Shown: positions 1-9,440, numbered from the stretch's first letter. The stretch is 43,345 nucleotides of DNA from a virus (IMGVR_UViG_3300005805_000156:1-43345); one strand, 5' to 3'. The notes: generated by a model not told the origin, from the letters alone. Program-made: numbers and translations.

Positions 1-1
1 G

Positions 2-1582
2 TGGTATCACATTGCTTTGTGCAGATCTAGTGGTAGCACCCGACTTTTTATTGACGGGGTGCAGTCTGGTTCTACATACTCAGATCCAAATAACTATGGA
101 TCCACTGCACCACTTGGGATTGGCACATATTGGTCTGCAGGATCTCCGGTAACGACCGACACTGCCAACGGTTACATCTCTAATGTACGAGCGGTCAAAG
201 GAACAGCACTCTATACTACCAACTTTACTCCTCCATCCTCGGCCCTAACCGCTGTAAGTGGGACTTCACTACTTACGCTACAGGATAACACATTCAGGGA
301 CAACTCTAGTAATGCATTTGCTATTACTGTTGCAGGAGATGCTAAGATCGTAGGCGTGGGGCCCCTTGAAGCCACAGTACCAGGAGCATCTTTATTGCCC
401 GGATCTGTTTATTTCGACGGCACGAATGATTATCTAACTATTCCAGCATCCACGAACACGCAGCTACTTGGCGGAGACTTTACCATTGAGTGCTGGTTCT
501 ATCCAGTTTCATTTAATGCAAGTAACTACAATTACCTCATCATGCAGGATGATGGAGCCAGCGGCAGCCAAAACTTCCAGCTTACATGTTCTTCAGCAGG
601 ATTAGCAAGTTTTACAAGTTGGAACACAAGCTCACGAGCAAGTTCTTTTGGTATTACTTCAGTAAAAACTGTCAAACTTGGCGCATGGAATCACATAGCT
701 GCCACACATGTAAAATCATCCAATACGACTCGCTTGTTCTTGAATGGTAATTTAGAAGCAACTTCCGCCACAGCAATATGGGCCGGAACATCGCTGCAGA
801 CATGCCTTGGTAATTGGAGTGCTGGCATCGTTCAGACCAGCACATATGCTAAATTGAATGGCCACCTATCAGGTGTACGACTCATCAAAGGAAGAGCTCT
901 CTATACTGCCGCATTTACTGTTCCAAGTTCACCGCCAAAAGCAGCAACTGGAACAGCGCTGCTGCTTAATTTTAATGACGGTGGCATCGTAGATGCATAT
1001 GGATCTAGCAGTGCTTATTTCAATGCAAACACTGGTGTAGTATCAAATTCTGTTTCAAAGAAATATGGCGTTGGTTCAATGTACTTCACATCCACTTACA
1101 TGACCGCTCCAGCAAACCCAGATTATGCATTTGGCACTGGGGACTTCACCATTGAAATGTGGTTGAATTCCACCAATGGATCTAATAGTAGTAGGGGTAT
1201 TATTAGTATAACTGCTACTGCTGCGGCAGCAAGTGGCAGCGTATCAAATGCAGGCGTAGGAATACTGTTCGCAAGCAGTCAATTCAATGGGTTAATTAAT
1301 TTCCACATTGGTGGTTCAGCCCTGACTGGTACCATTAATGCAACAAATGGTACATTTACCCACGTTGCGCTGTGCCGTAGCGGTTCTACTGTCAGGCTGT
1401 TTGTTGGTGGAGTTCTTTCTGTTAAGACAACATCATCAGCCAATCTAACAGGTCAATTTTTAACACTAGGGGCAACTCATTTTGGTGGGCTTAATTCTCC
1501 CATGACCGGATATATTGACAATTTAGCAATATATAAAGGGTACGCTAAATATACTAGTGACACTACCTTTACTCCTGTATAA
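2..1582 (+). CDS. LamG/concanavalin-A-like repeat virion (tail/fibre) protein, 5'-truncated
   Basis: The frame is open from the window edge (WYHIALCRS...). It has three repeats of the LamG-type pattern (GDFTIE.W, W.H.A..R/H, RLF..G, GYI/LS..R..KG.A.YT..FT.P) and is Ser/Thr/Gly rich. Confidence 0.8.
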   Translation, partial: WYHIALCRSSGSTRLFIDGVQSGSTYSDPNNYGSTAPLGIGTYWSAGSPVTTDTANGYISNVRAVKGTALYTTNFTPPSSALTAVSGTSLLTLQDNTFRDNSSNAFAITVAGDAKIVGVGPLEATVPGASLLPGSVYFDGTNDYLTIPASTNTQLLGGDFTIECWFYPVSFNASNYNYLIMQDDGASGSQNFQLTCSSAGLASFTSWNTSSRASSFGITSVKTVKLGAWNHIAATHVKSSNTTRLFLNGNLEATSATAIWAGTSLQTCLGNWSAGIVQTSTYAKLNGHLSGVRLIKGRALYTAAFTVPSSPPKAATGTALLLNFNDGGIVDAYGSSSAYFNANTGVVSNSVSKKYGVGSMYFTSTYMTAPANPDYAFGTGDFTIEMWLNSTNGSNSSRGIISITATAAAASGSVSNAGVGILFASSQFNGLINFHIGGSALTGTINATNGTFTHVALCRSGSTVRLFVGGVLSVKTTSSANLTGQFLTLGATHFGGLNSPMTGYIDNLAIYKGYAKYTSDTTFTPV

Positions 1583-1603
1583 TTAAGTCATTTAATATAC
1601 ATT

Positions 1604-1634
1604 AATATGGGGCTCTCAGAGCCCCATATTTTTT
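1604..1634 (+). terminator. Rho-independent terminator
   Basis: 12-bp stem AATATGGGGCTC / GAGCCCCATATT followed by a T run, just after the LamG gene. Confidence 0.85.
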
Positions 1635-1663
1635 ATTGTTGATGACTAATTTTTCAATCTACT

Positions 1664-1693
1664 GTTTACATCTTGCGCGACTTGTGATAGAAT
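1664..1693 (+). promoter_or_regulatory. sigma70/T4-early-like promoter
   Basis: GTTTACA, 17-nt spacer, then TAGAAT preceded by TG (extended -10). Confidence 0.65.
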
Positions 1694-1748
1694 ACTCTTA
1701 TGGATTGATAAAAATCCTTAAATCTTATCCTACGTAGGAGATATTGAA

Positions 1749-2084
1749 ATGGAAAAGATTGATTTTGACAACCTAGCTAAACTGGCTTCCTCAAATCTGT
1801 TGGCATTTGAGGCAGAGCGCAGCAGGATTATCGGTGCTGCTCTGAGAGAGATTCCAGAGAAAAATCAGGCTGCATGCAGGGCCCTACAGGCAGAATTAGA
1901 CCGCACACGATCCAATATGTCCTCTGAAAAATTCTTGAAGCACCTTGCGGGTAGGCTTCAGGAAAATCTAGAGAACATGTCAGATGCCTGGGTTGCACTT
2001 GCTAATCAATGTGAGCAGTTCACCGAGAACAAACCTCTCCTGAATTCACTCAAGAAAGAAATCTCTAAGGATAACCCATCCTGA
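1749..2084 (+). CDS. DUF3135-like small helical protein
   Basis: Pattern DFD.L..LA.....FEAER..II...L...P...Q...RALQ..LD..R; AGGAG RBS. Confidence 0.6.
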   Translation: MEKIDFDNLAKLASSNLLAFEAERSRIIGAALREIPEKNQAACRALQAELDRTRSNMSSEKFLKHLAGRLQENLENMSDAWVALANQCEQFTENKPLLNSLKKEISKDNPS

Positions 2085-2117
2085 ATTTTTGAACGCGTAC
2101 TAAGAATAAATAAGGGT

Positions 2118-2197
2118 AGAGATTGCCATTCGGGATCTCTTTTTCTTGGATTGCCTTCCGGGATCCATTTTTAATTAACTTGCTTCAAAGAAGGAGT
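2118..2197 (+). promoter_or_regulatory. ROSE-like structured 5' UTR (RNA thermometer candidate) of hsp20
   Basis: Two hairpins share GATTGCC-N4-GGGATC. A third hairpin pairs ACTTGCTT with the SD sequence AAGGAGT, matching the ROSE U(U/C)GCU motif with a bulged G. Confidence 0.65.
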
Positions 2198-2203
2198 ACT
2201 ACC

Positions 2204-2638
2204 ATGACCTTACGTCCAGTTCTTCGTCCATTCCTCGCCTCACATGTGGGCTTTGATCGCCTGTTTGCAGAGTTAGATACTCTCCTTGATAAAGGCACCC
2301 CCGCACCTCCCTCATTCCCTCCATATAATATCTTCAAAGAAGGTGATTCCTATACTATTGAGCTCGCTGTGGCGGGATTCAAGCGGGAAGACATCAGGAT
2401 TGAGCATCTTAGATCAGAGAACACACTGATTGTCTCTGGAGAAAGTAAACCCAGACCCTCAAGCGAGAACAGAGAAATTATCAGGCAGGCTATAGCTAAT
2501 AGATCTTTCCGTCTATCATTTACCATTGCAGATGGAATAGAGGTCAAGACGGCATCTCTGGAAGATGGAATCTTAAAGATTTTCTTAGATTCAATCCAAA
2601 AAGAAGTAGAAAAACCACTGTTGATTGGAATCAATTAA
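2204..2638 (+). CDS. hsp20: small heat-shock protein Hsp20 (IbpA/B-like)
   Basis: Motifs GFDRLF, FPPYNI, IELAVAGF, IANRSF...F, A.LEDGIL.I. The ATG at 2204 follows AGGAG. Confidence 0.95.
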   Translation: MTLRPVLRPFLASHVGFDRLFAELDTLLDKGTPAPPSFPPYNIFKEGDSYTIELAVAGFKREDIRIEHLRSENTLIVSGESKPRPSSENREIIRQAIANRSFRLSFTIADGIEVKTASLEDGILKIFLDSIQKEVEKPLLIGIN

Positions 2639-2642
2639 AATC

Positions 2643-2667
2643 AAGGGCACCTATTAGGTGCCCTTTT
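2643..2667 (+). terminator. Rho-independent terminator
   Basis: AAGGGCACCTA-T-TAGGTGCCCTT followed by T residues. Confidence 0.8.
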
Positions 2668-2681
2668 AAATAAGGCAATCT

Positions 2682-3035
2682 ATGCGTGATATTTCTGTAG
2701 GAATCTGTAGATGGGAAGGCTTCAAGGATGCAGAACGTCTGTATGCTGTGAGTGGGTGTGGCGATCCTCAGAGCAGTCATGATATTTTTGTGTATGTCGA
2801 GCAGGTGGCGCCCTATGTAATAGTCTCAGTGCAAACAGAGGTTCACGCATCTGACTTTGGCTGTAAAAATTGGTTCACCAAGGCAGTGTGGAGACTGTAC
2901 GCTGCTGCTAGAATACTAATAAAGGGCAAAATTTCTACCAGTTCAGAATTCTATTTCATAGACCAGCAGGCAGCCCTAGACTATGCAGATGCAATAAAGC
3001 AATCTATTGAGAGAGTGAGCTTAGAGGTAGACTAG
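2682..3035 (+). CDS. hypothetical protein
   Basis: 117-aa ORF filling the gap between genes. Confidence 0.6.
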   Translation: MRDISVGICRWEGFKDAERLYAVSGCGDPQSSHDIFVYVEQVAPYVIVSVQTEVHASDFGCKNWFTKAVWRLYAAARILIKGKISTSSEFYFIDQQAALDYADAIKQSIERVSLEVD

Positions 3036-3107
3036 ACCTCTAAATTATAGTTTTGAAGTGTAGCACTGTTTGCTATAATAGCCTCTATTCAAACGTCAAA
3101 ACCTTAA

Positions 3108-3815
3108 ATGGAAACAGCCCAATCACTCACTGTTGAAACAGTTACAGGACATCAGGTAGATCCTCTAAACCCTGATCCGGCTACTATCAGCATACATGGA
3201 ATTGCTTGGTCACTGAGCAGAATTCCACGATTTGTTGGTCATACCATCACGGAGATACCCTATAACGTTGCGCAACACTCCATCTATGTATCCGAGCTGG
3301 CCGAGTTCATACTCACTGCACCGCCCGAAGCTTGCACTGAGGATGGAATAGCAGCAGACGTACTCCACAGAGCTAGAAGTGAGATAAAGGATCAAGACGT
3401 CGCGTGTGCGCTGCTCCTAGCACTACTGCATGATGGGCATGAAGCCTACATAGGTGATATTCCATCTCCCATCAAGAGAATACCAGAGATACGTACCACT
3501 CTCAAGGATATAGAGCGACGGCTTGATCTTGCAATTCGCAGCGCGGTGCTGCCTGTGGAATGCAGGTGCTCAATTGAATTTAAAGCCGAGAGAGAACTCT
3601 TCTTGGCATCTGCCCAGTCTCTCGTGGGTTACTGTGACAAACTTGCTCAGTCTATCGAGAGTTACCAATTCATGCCCTCTAGAGGAAAGAGTTGGAATCT
3701 ACCGCACCCGTCTCTCACTCTGTTGCAGAGATTTGTTCAACCTATGACACCACTGCAATCCTACAGATCTTTCTTGGAAAGATTTGAAAAGTTGCGAGCT
3801 CGAATAAATACATAG
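3108..3815 (+). CDS. HD-domain deoxynucleotide phosphohydrolase (YfbR/YfdR-like)
   Basis: IA.SLSR.PRF.GHT, YNVAQHS, LLHDGHEAYIGDIPSP.K and a later D (YCDK). A TGnTATAAT lies at 3071-3079. Confidence 0.85.
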   Translation: METAQSLTVETVTGHQVDPLNPDPATISIHGIAWSLSRIPRFVGHTITEIPYNVAQHSIYVSELAEFILTAPPEACTEDGIAADVLHRARSEIKDQDVACALLLALLHDGHEAYIGDIPSPIKRIPEIRTTLKDIERRLDLAIRSAVLPVECRCSIEFKAERELFLASAQSLVGYCDKLAQSIESYQFMPSRGKSWNLPHPSLTLLQRFVQPMTPLQSYRSFLERFEKLRARINT

Positions 3816-3847
3816 CGTCTGCATGTTTAACCTCTGGAGCTCTCGTC

Positions 3848-4141
3848 ATGCATCTAATAAAAGAATTGATTGCCGAAATGGATAAAAATACTGTAAGCGG
3901 TACTAGCGAAGAAGATAATATGCAACAATTCAATGCAGTTGTTGCGACCATCATAAGAAAATTAGATGGTATGACATCCTTCCTAGGCAAAGAAACCCCA
4001 TTTAAGAAATTATGTGTGGATGAACTATCTTGTGATGCCGCAGCATTTGACGAGATCGCTGAAAAATTGGATGAGCTAACACAGCTGTTGGCCAACATGC
4101 ACAGTGCTGTAGAGAGCTCTAGACATAAAGTAGGTGTCTAA
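3848..4141 (+). CDS. hypothetical protein, possible head-internal protein
   Basis: N-terminus MHLIKELIAE; late-promoter-like AATAAATA at 3803-3810. Confidence 0.6.
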   Translation: MHLIKELIAEMDKNTVSGTSEEDNMQQFNAVVATIIRKLDGMTSFLGKETPFKKLCVDELSCDAAAFDEIAEKLDELTQLLANMHSAVESSRHKVGV

Positions 4142-4144
4142 GAA

Positions 4145-5191
4145 ATGAGCAATTTTCAGTTAATAAGCTCTCTAAATTATGAGTTAGTTGATGCTGTTAT
4201 TCTTGAGCAGCCGGCTGACACAGACGAGAGGGCTAGCCGCGCTGGAATAGACACCGGAGAGACTGCTCTAGCAGAGATAGTCACAGATATCATGGATGTG
4301 AGCTCAGTAGATGAGCGGCTGGTTCTATTCCTTACACCAGCAGATCTTGTCAAGCTCTACCTTCAAAAAGGTGGCGGTGGCAAGGTAGTTGACAGCATGG
4401 AAGATGCTGAGATTAAGAGTGTTGCTGGAGATCTAATTTCAGCTACACCTGTTGGCAAGCTAATTCATGTACCTCGCCCACATAAATTTGTCAATTTTGT
4501 TTCTCCACCCAGAAATGCTCCTACTGGCAGAGCTGTTCTTATTGATATTCCTAAGAGTATCTTCTCCAAGCTTAAATCTCTTGCTGCTGTAGCAGGCAGT
4601 GCTACCAGTACACCCGCAGAAATGCAATCTTTTAGAGATCAATTGCGTCTGTGCATGCTACACAAATACTATACGCTAACGCTTAATATCCCTAAAACTC
4701 GGGAAATTCGTAGTGCCATGGCCAGAGCTAGAGACGTGGATGGCTGGACTAAGGTCTTCAATCCCAGGGTCATTGAAAACTTTCCCAAATATCAGACGCT
4801 GCAGGCGGCAAAAGATGAATGGGATGAGATGCAGGGTGCCAGTGCTCCCGGTCCCGCACCTGCTCCGGCTCCCGGTCCCGCACCTGCTCCGGCTCCCGGT
4901 GGTGGTGCTCCTGCTCCAGGGCCTGCACCTACACCAGCTCCACCAGCTCCAGCAGCTGGACCGGCTATAAATCCCACAACTATTAGAGTGACAATTAGCA
5001 GCATTGTTTCCAGTTTCATATCATCAGGGTCATTCAATGCAGATCAAATAGCGAATGATTTGAGAGATAATCTTCAACCAGTGCCAAAGGTTGAAGCCCT
5101 TGACGCTCTTGATAGATTAACAGGTGGTATTGATGCGGATCTTATAAGAAAGATCAAAGACAAAATTGCAGCTGATCAAACCTGGACGTGA
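4145..5191 (+). CDS. hypothetical protein with Pro/Ala/Gly linker
   Basis: 348-aa ORF with an (APGPAPAP)n linker near the C-terminus. Confidence 0.7.
   Translation: MSNFQLISSLNYELVDAVILEQPADTDERASRAGIDTGETALAEIVTDIMDVSSVDERLVLFLTPADLVKLYLQKGGGGKVVDSMEDAEIKSVAGDLISATPVGKLIHVPRPHKFVNFVSPPRNAPTGRAVLIDIPKSIFSKLKSLAAVAGSATSTPAEMQSFRDQLRLCMLHKYYTLTLNIPKTREIRSAMARARDVDGWTKVFNPRVIENFPKYQTLQAAKDEWDEMQGASAPGPAPAPAPGPAPAPAPGGGAPAPGPAPTPAPPAPAAGPAINPTTIRVTISSIVSSFISSGSFNADQIANDLRDNLQPVPKVEALDALDRLTGGIDADLIRKIKDKIAADQTWT
4844..4900 (+). repeat. 24-bp tandem repeat (about 2.4 copies) encoding APGPAPAP
   Basis: GCTCCCGGTCCCGCACCTGCTCCG x2 plus GCTCCCGGT. Confidence 0.9.
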
Positions 5192-5305
5192 TACTGTAAT
5201 TTAATCGTGCTTTCCCACGCACGAGGCCGGGCTAGAGCATAAATAGTGATAGAAGCCGAGCGCTGATCTAGCGCTCCTCCGTATCATAATCAAGGTACAT
5301 TCATC

Positions 5306-7000
5306 ATGTCAATACTAAAAGACAATATCTCATTTGCCATTCTTAAGTGCCCTGCAACTTGGAGGTCAGATCTTACGCATCGATATGCAGAATATCACAG
5401 TAGAAAATTAAATGGAGATCTGTTTAGGAAGAGAGTATATGTTTCAGAGAGCATTGATGAAGCTCTAAGTGAATGTAAAACCGACTATCTCATAATTCAG
5501 AGCGCTGGTCACATTATATTTGATGAAAAGTTTTTTGACAGTATTGCTGCTGCATTCTCGCTTATCAATGATATTTTTATTGGTGAGATCATTATTGCAG
5601 AGGACTATGCCAAGCTTGGGCAGAACTGTTTAGTATTCAATGTGCCTCTATGGGACAAATGTGGCCGCCCTGCGTACAATTCATCAATGAGAGTAGGTCC
5701 AACTTTTGCGCAACCACCAATAGACAGACACAAATACTCTCCGCTACAACTCAAAAAACTTGGATCAGACACGACAGCAATTCCACCTGGGTGCGCTGTA
5801 TTTGGGGGTGGGCTCATTGCCCGCCAGCTACAACAGTTTAATCGTGTGCAGTCCATCAAATCGTGCTTTGATGCATCTTCATACTTCTTCTTGGACAAGT
5901 CGACGCCTGCCGCAGAGATTCTCACAGAAACCTATTTTGAAAAGAGATACCTGCCACGAGTCAAGAAACATGTTTCACTGGTAGACAATGATTCATACAG
6001 CGAAATTGAATCACAGTCATTCGATACAATTGTTGTGCCCGCCCGAGGACTCAAGGCATACAATCTTTCAAAAATGACTGGCGCTAAGAAGATAATTATC
6101 TATGACTCCAATACTCTGGCGCTGGCTTTCCAACGAATACTGTTTTCCTCTCCGACTCCCAGAATCTATGGTGAAATAATTGATGGTTTTAGAAATAAGT
6201 TCCCATCAACTGAGATAGTTGATGACTACTCTGAGGATGAATACACGATAGTCCAGATTCCCAGCAACTTAGAAGTTCAGTATTTTAATACTGATCTGTT
6301 CTCATTTGAGGCTAGGGAGCTCATAGGCAGCGTGGATCCAGCCTCTAATGCATTGTTCGATTTTTCTACCATTTTCTCAACTCCTCACAATTTCTATCGT
6401 AGACCACTTCCTCAAGTATTTGGATTATTTTCTGAAATATACGGTCTAATTAAGAGTAGAACTGGCTCATCTCGCATTATTGGAGAGGCACCGGGCTTCA
6501 AAAATATGTCGGCAATCAAGGTGAATACTTTTGTGTATGAAATAGAAGATTACATGGTTGATGAGCTCTCTGAGGAAGGAGAGGTGATTGGCCAGCGGGT
6601 GGCCCAGCGCGCGCGCCAAGAAGCCTTCACACCTCAAGAGCAAGAATCTGTCACGGAAGAAGAGGTTGTTATGAAAGATCTTGCCGAGGAGCAGGAAACT
6701 GTGGCGGAGAAAATACATGATGCTCTCTATGAATTGAATAAACACCTAAATGGTAAGGGATACACTCTGTCCAATATGGATGAAAAGATAAAATTTACCA
6801 AGGTAGAAGTATTCACTGACTATGCAGCTGACTTTACCTACGAATACAATTGCCTTGCTGATAGGTGGTCATTCCTTGTAAACAAGTGCGGGCGATCAAA
6901 GATGGTGGAGTTTGCAAATGGAATGGGACTCAGTACACTAATTGATCACATTAAACTGGATCAAAAAATAAATCCAAAATCTGCAGGGAAATTACTATGA
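5306..7000 (+). CDS. multidomain hypothetical protein
   Basis: 564-aa ORF with CATAAATA at 5238-5245. It has an acidic linker and a C-terminal domain paralogous to the next gene. Confidence 0.75.
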   Translation: MSILKDNISFAILKCPATWRSDLTHRYAEYHSRKLNGDLFRKRVYVSESIDEALSECKTDYLIIQSAGHIIFDEKFFDSIAAAFSLINDIFIGEIIIAEDYAKLGQNCLVFNVPLWDKCGRPAYNSSMRVGPTFAQPPIDRHKYSPLQLKKLGSDTTAIPPGCAVFGGGLIARQLQQFNRVQSIKSCFDASSYFFLDKSTPAAEILTETYFEKRYLPRVKKHVSLVDNDSYSEIESQSFDTIVVPARGLKAYNLSKMTGAKKIIIYDSNTLALAFQRILFSSPTPRIYGEIIDGFRNKFPSTEIVDDYSEDEYTIVQIPSNLEVQYFNTDLFSFEARELIGSVDPASNALFDFSTIFSTPHNFYRRPLPQVFGLFSEIYGLIKSRTGSSRIIGEAPGFKNMSAIKVNTFVYEIEDYMVDELSEEGEVIGQRVAQRARQEAFTPQEQESVTEEEVVMKDLAEEQETVAEKIHDALYELNKHLNGKGYTLSNMDEKIKFTKVEVFTDYAADFTYEYNCLADRWSFLVNKCGRSKMVEFANGMGLSTLIDHIKLDQKINPKSAGKLL

Positions 7001-7311
7001 AGCTCAAGGATATTTTTGAATCATCTGATTTGTCAGTAGCTGACGCTGACAGAGATGCTCGAAAACTCGGATTTGAAGTAACTGCAGATGATAGCAGGCA
7101 CACATACACCAAGACAGTTGAAGTAGAGCAGGGTCAGATTGATGTGCGCTACATAATCTCTGTTCAAACAGAATCTTGGATACTGGACGCCTCTGTTTCC
7201 GGTAACAACAACTACATTCAACTGAGTGACGGTGAAGATGCAAACGGTTTGATGCGGCACATGAAGAAAAATCTCACTCAGTCCCAAATAAGAAAAATTT
7301 TTGAAGTTTAA
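6997..7311 (+). CDS. hypothetical protein, possible head-internal protein
   Basis: ATGA overlap with the upstream gene; N-terminus MKLKDIFE. Confidence 0.7.
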   Translation: MKLKDIFESSDLSVADADRDARKLGFEVTADDSRHTYTKTVEVEQGQIDVRYIISVQTESWILDASVSGNNNYIQLSDGEDANGLMRHMKKNLTQSQIRKIFEV

Positions 7312-7355
7312 TTATTATCTTAATAATAGATTCGATTTTCAAAATAGAGATCTCT

Positions 7356-7363
7356 TATAAATA
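7356..7363 (+). promoter_or_regulatory. T4-type late promoter TATAAATA
   Basis: Exact T4 gp55 late consensus 33 nt upstream of the ORF at 7396. Confidence 0.7.
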
Positions 7364-7395
7364 AAATGTGTTTACTAATTTAAGGAGCGCAACAC

Positions 7396-7974
7396 ATGAG
7401 TATTTTAAGAGAACTCTACGATTTAGATGAAGAAAAATGGAGTGGGGCAGTTACAGCAAAGTGGTCCCCACCTAAAGGGCTGTTTACCCGCCCAGCTGCA
7501 GAAATTGCAAGCGTTCTTCACAGTAACAGCAGAGACTATAATCAAGCTAGCAAAAGGTTGAATTTCTTCATTAATCGAGCTGGAGAACATCTTAGCACTG
7601 AAGACAGGACTCGACTGAACTCTGCTAAGAAAGAACTTATGAAAAAATTTGGGATCAAAGAATCTGCTATCCCTGTCAGAGAAGCCATGGCAGATCCAGC
7701 CATGAATTTGAAATACAATCCAATAAATGCTAAAACCGTCGCAGACATAGCAAATGTTGCTCGCCAGCACTTGGATGATGTAAAGGACAAAGCACAGGTT
7801 AACACACTGTTAGGTCTGGCATATGCTCGTGGATATTCAGCTGGTATGAGTGAGCTGGAGTCTCAATCTAAGAAACATCTCGCCGCAATCTCTTCTAAGG
7901 CGGCAGTAAACGCAGCGACAGAAGAAGCATTTGCTAGAGGATTTTCTGCAGGATTGTCTAGCTGGCAAAAGTAA
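7396..7974 (+). CDS. DUF3175-like domain protein
   Basis: KWS..VT, GLFT, IA..L, LNFFINRAG..LS...R..L..AK.EL...FG; AAGGAG RBS. Confidence 0.65.
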   Translation: MSILRELYDLDEEKWSGAVTAKWSPPKGLFTRPAAEIASVLHSNSRDYNQASKRLNFFINRAGEHLSTEDRTRLNSAKKELMKKFGIKESAIPVREAMADPAMNLKYNPINAKTVADIANVARQHLDDVKDKAQVNTLLGLAYARGYSAGMSELESQSKKHLAAISSKAAVNAATEEAFARGFSAGLSSWQK

Positions 7975-8077
7975 TCTTCCCAGTTTTGAGTGTGCTGGAG
8001 ACATGTTATAATAAATCATCTAACACACTCAGGTTAAATGAATTCTAAATATACCTTTCCTATGGTCGATGTACACC

Positions 8078-8233
8078 ATGAAGATCTCTATTCCACTGTC
8101 GCCTAAGAAGAGAAATCATCTTGTAGTTCCAACTATGATGAGAAAAGCAGGTGTTCACCGAGAGAGTGATGGTGGTAAAAGAGCACGTCTTAAGAAAGAA
8201 ACCAAGAAAGCGGCAAAAGAATGTCTAATCTAG
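8078..8233 (+). CDS. small basic protein (51 aa, not in ORF track)
   Basis: MKISIPLSPKKRNHLVVPTMMRKAGVHRESDGGKRARLKKETKKAAKECLI, downstream of TGTTATAAT at 8004-8012. Confidence 0.55.
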   Translation: MKISIPLSPKKRNHLVVPTMMRKAGVHRESDGGKRARLKKETKKAAKECLI

Positions 8234-8688
8234 ATCAGAGAACATATTTCAAACCACCTCGTCAGAGAGGTAAAGCCGGTCTGCTTCCATATGTTTTTGA
8301 TAATGGAGAACCTATTTTTATCTTTATGATACCATCAAACCCAAAGATGGGTGGCTTAGATCCAGCCATTGCCAAAGGAAATATTGAGGCTGGTGAGACA
8401 CCTCTTCAAGCAGCAATTAGGGAGGCGTCTGAGGAACTGGGATTGAGAACTTCAAATATGTTGAAGGATACTCTTGATCTAATATGGACTGGTTCAGGTG
8501 GATTTTCCTTGAGCATCTACACATGTGAAATAATTAACTCGCATGATTTTGATGAGCCGCACTTTGAGACCAAAGAAACTGTTTGGATGAACTATGAAAA
8601 TTTTTCCAGAGTAGGAAAAATGTGGCAGATTCCCATTGTTAAAAAAGCACGAGATTCAATTCTAAACCCTTATCAAGATCTATCATGA
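8221..8688 (+). CDS. NUDIX hydrolase
   Basis: Nudix box KGNIEAGETPLQAAIREASEELGL. Confidence 0.9.
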   Translation: MSNLDQRTYFKPPRQRGKAGLLPYVFDNGEPIFIFMIPSNPKMGGLDPAIAKGNIEAGETPLQAAIREASEELGLRTSNMLKDTLDLIWTGSGGFSLSIYTCEIINSHDFDEPHFETKETVWMNYENFSRVGKMWQIPIVKKARDSILNPYQDLS

Positions 8689-8837
8689 CACAGGAAAAAA
8701 AGCTGCCCACCTCTTTTGCGGATATCTTTAAAAAGCCTAATGGTGCCCCTAAATCTGCTGTGAACCCATTACAAAAGACGCCTAAAAAGGTGTGCTGGTT
8801 ACTGAGATCATCTATGTCGATTGGTAAGGAGAATTGA
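8685..8837 (+). CDS. small hypothetical protein (50 aa, not in ORF track)
   Basis: ATGA overlap with the Nudix stop; it ends 1 nt before the next ATG. Confidence 0.45.
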   Translation: MTQEKKLPTSFADIFKKPNGAPKSAVNPLQKTPKKVCWLLRSSMSIGKEN

Positions 8838-8838
8838 G

Positions 8839-9351
8839 ATGTTTGACGCTGAAAAGAATACCATCTATCTTGATATGGATGATGTACTCGCTGATTTTAC
8901 TGCAGAGGTAGTTGCCGTGATTGGTCACACTGTTGATAATCTGTCATCATCGTCTGGAAAACAACATATTTGGGATACTCTCAGCAAGAAGCCACACTTC
9001 TTCCTGCATCTGAAACCACTTCCATATGCCAAACAACTCTATGAACTTGCCACATCTCTAGGTAAGAGAGTTGAAATTTTAACAGCCATTCCAGAGAAAT
9101 GGGCAGATCAAGAAGAGATCAAACGCGACAAGATAGAGTGGGCCCACAGGCACATCTCTCCTAGCATAAAAGTAAATTTTGGTCCCCGTTCATGGGATAA
9201 GTGGAAATATGCAGCTAGCGGTGATGTTCTTATTGATGATTCTAAGCTAAATATTGATGACTGGACTACCAAAGCGGATGGAATTGGAATTCATCATGAT
9301 CCTAGGGATTTCGCGCGCACAGAACAAAAGATGCGGGAACTAGTAGCTTAG
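8839..9351 (+). CDS. 5'(3')-deoxyribonucleotidase (NT5C, HAD family)
   Basis: IYLDMDDVLADF, ILTA, K..W, K, DVLIDD...NI..W...G.GI.H; ATG after AGGAG. Confidence 0.9.
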   Translation: MFDAEKNTIYLDMDDVLADFTAEVVAVIGHTVDNLSSSSGKQHIWDTLSKKPHFFLHLKPLPYAKQLYELATSLGKRVEILTAIPEKWADQEEIKRDKIEWAHRHISPSIKVNFGPRSWDKWKYAASGDVLIDDSKLNIDDWTTKADGIGIHHDPRDFARTEQKMRELVA

Positions 9352-9440
9352 TAAAAATAAATTGTAGCTGCTCAATCAGATATTATCTGATTGAATTTTT
9401 ATTAAATAAAAATAACCATCTAAATTTACAGGGAAAATTT

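Noticed and set aside
3108-3815. DatZ of a 2-aminoadenine (Z-genome) pathway
   Set aside because: There is no purZ in the window, and the modification genes present point to cytosine.
5192-5305. Possible tRNA or ncRNA in an intergenic region with two small hairpins
   Set aside because: No cloverleaf or T-loop motif; only 6-7 bp stems flanking a late-promoter-like element.
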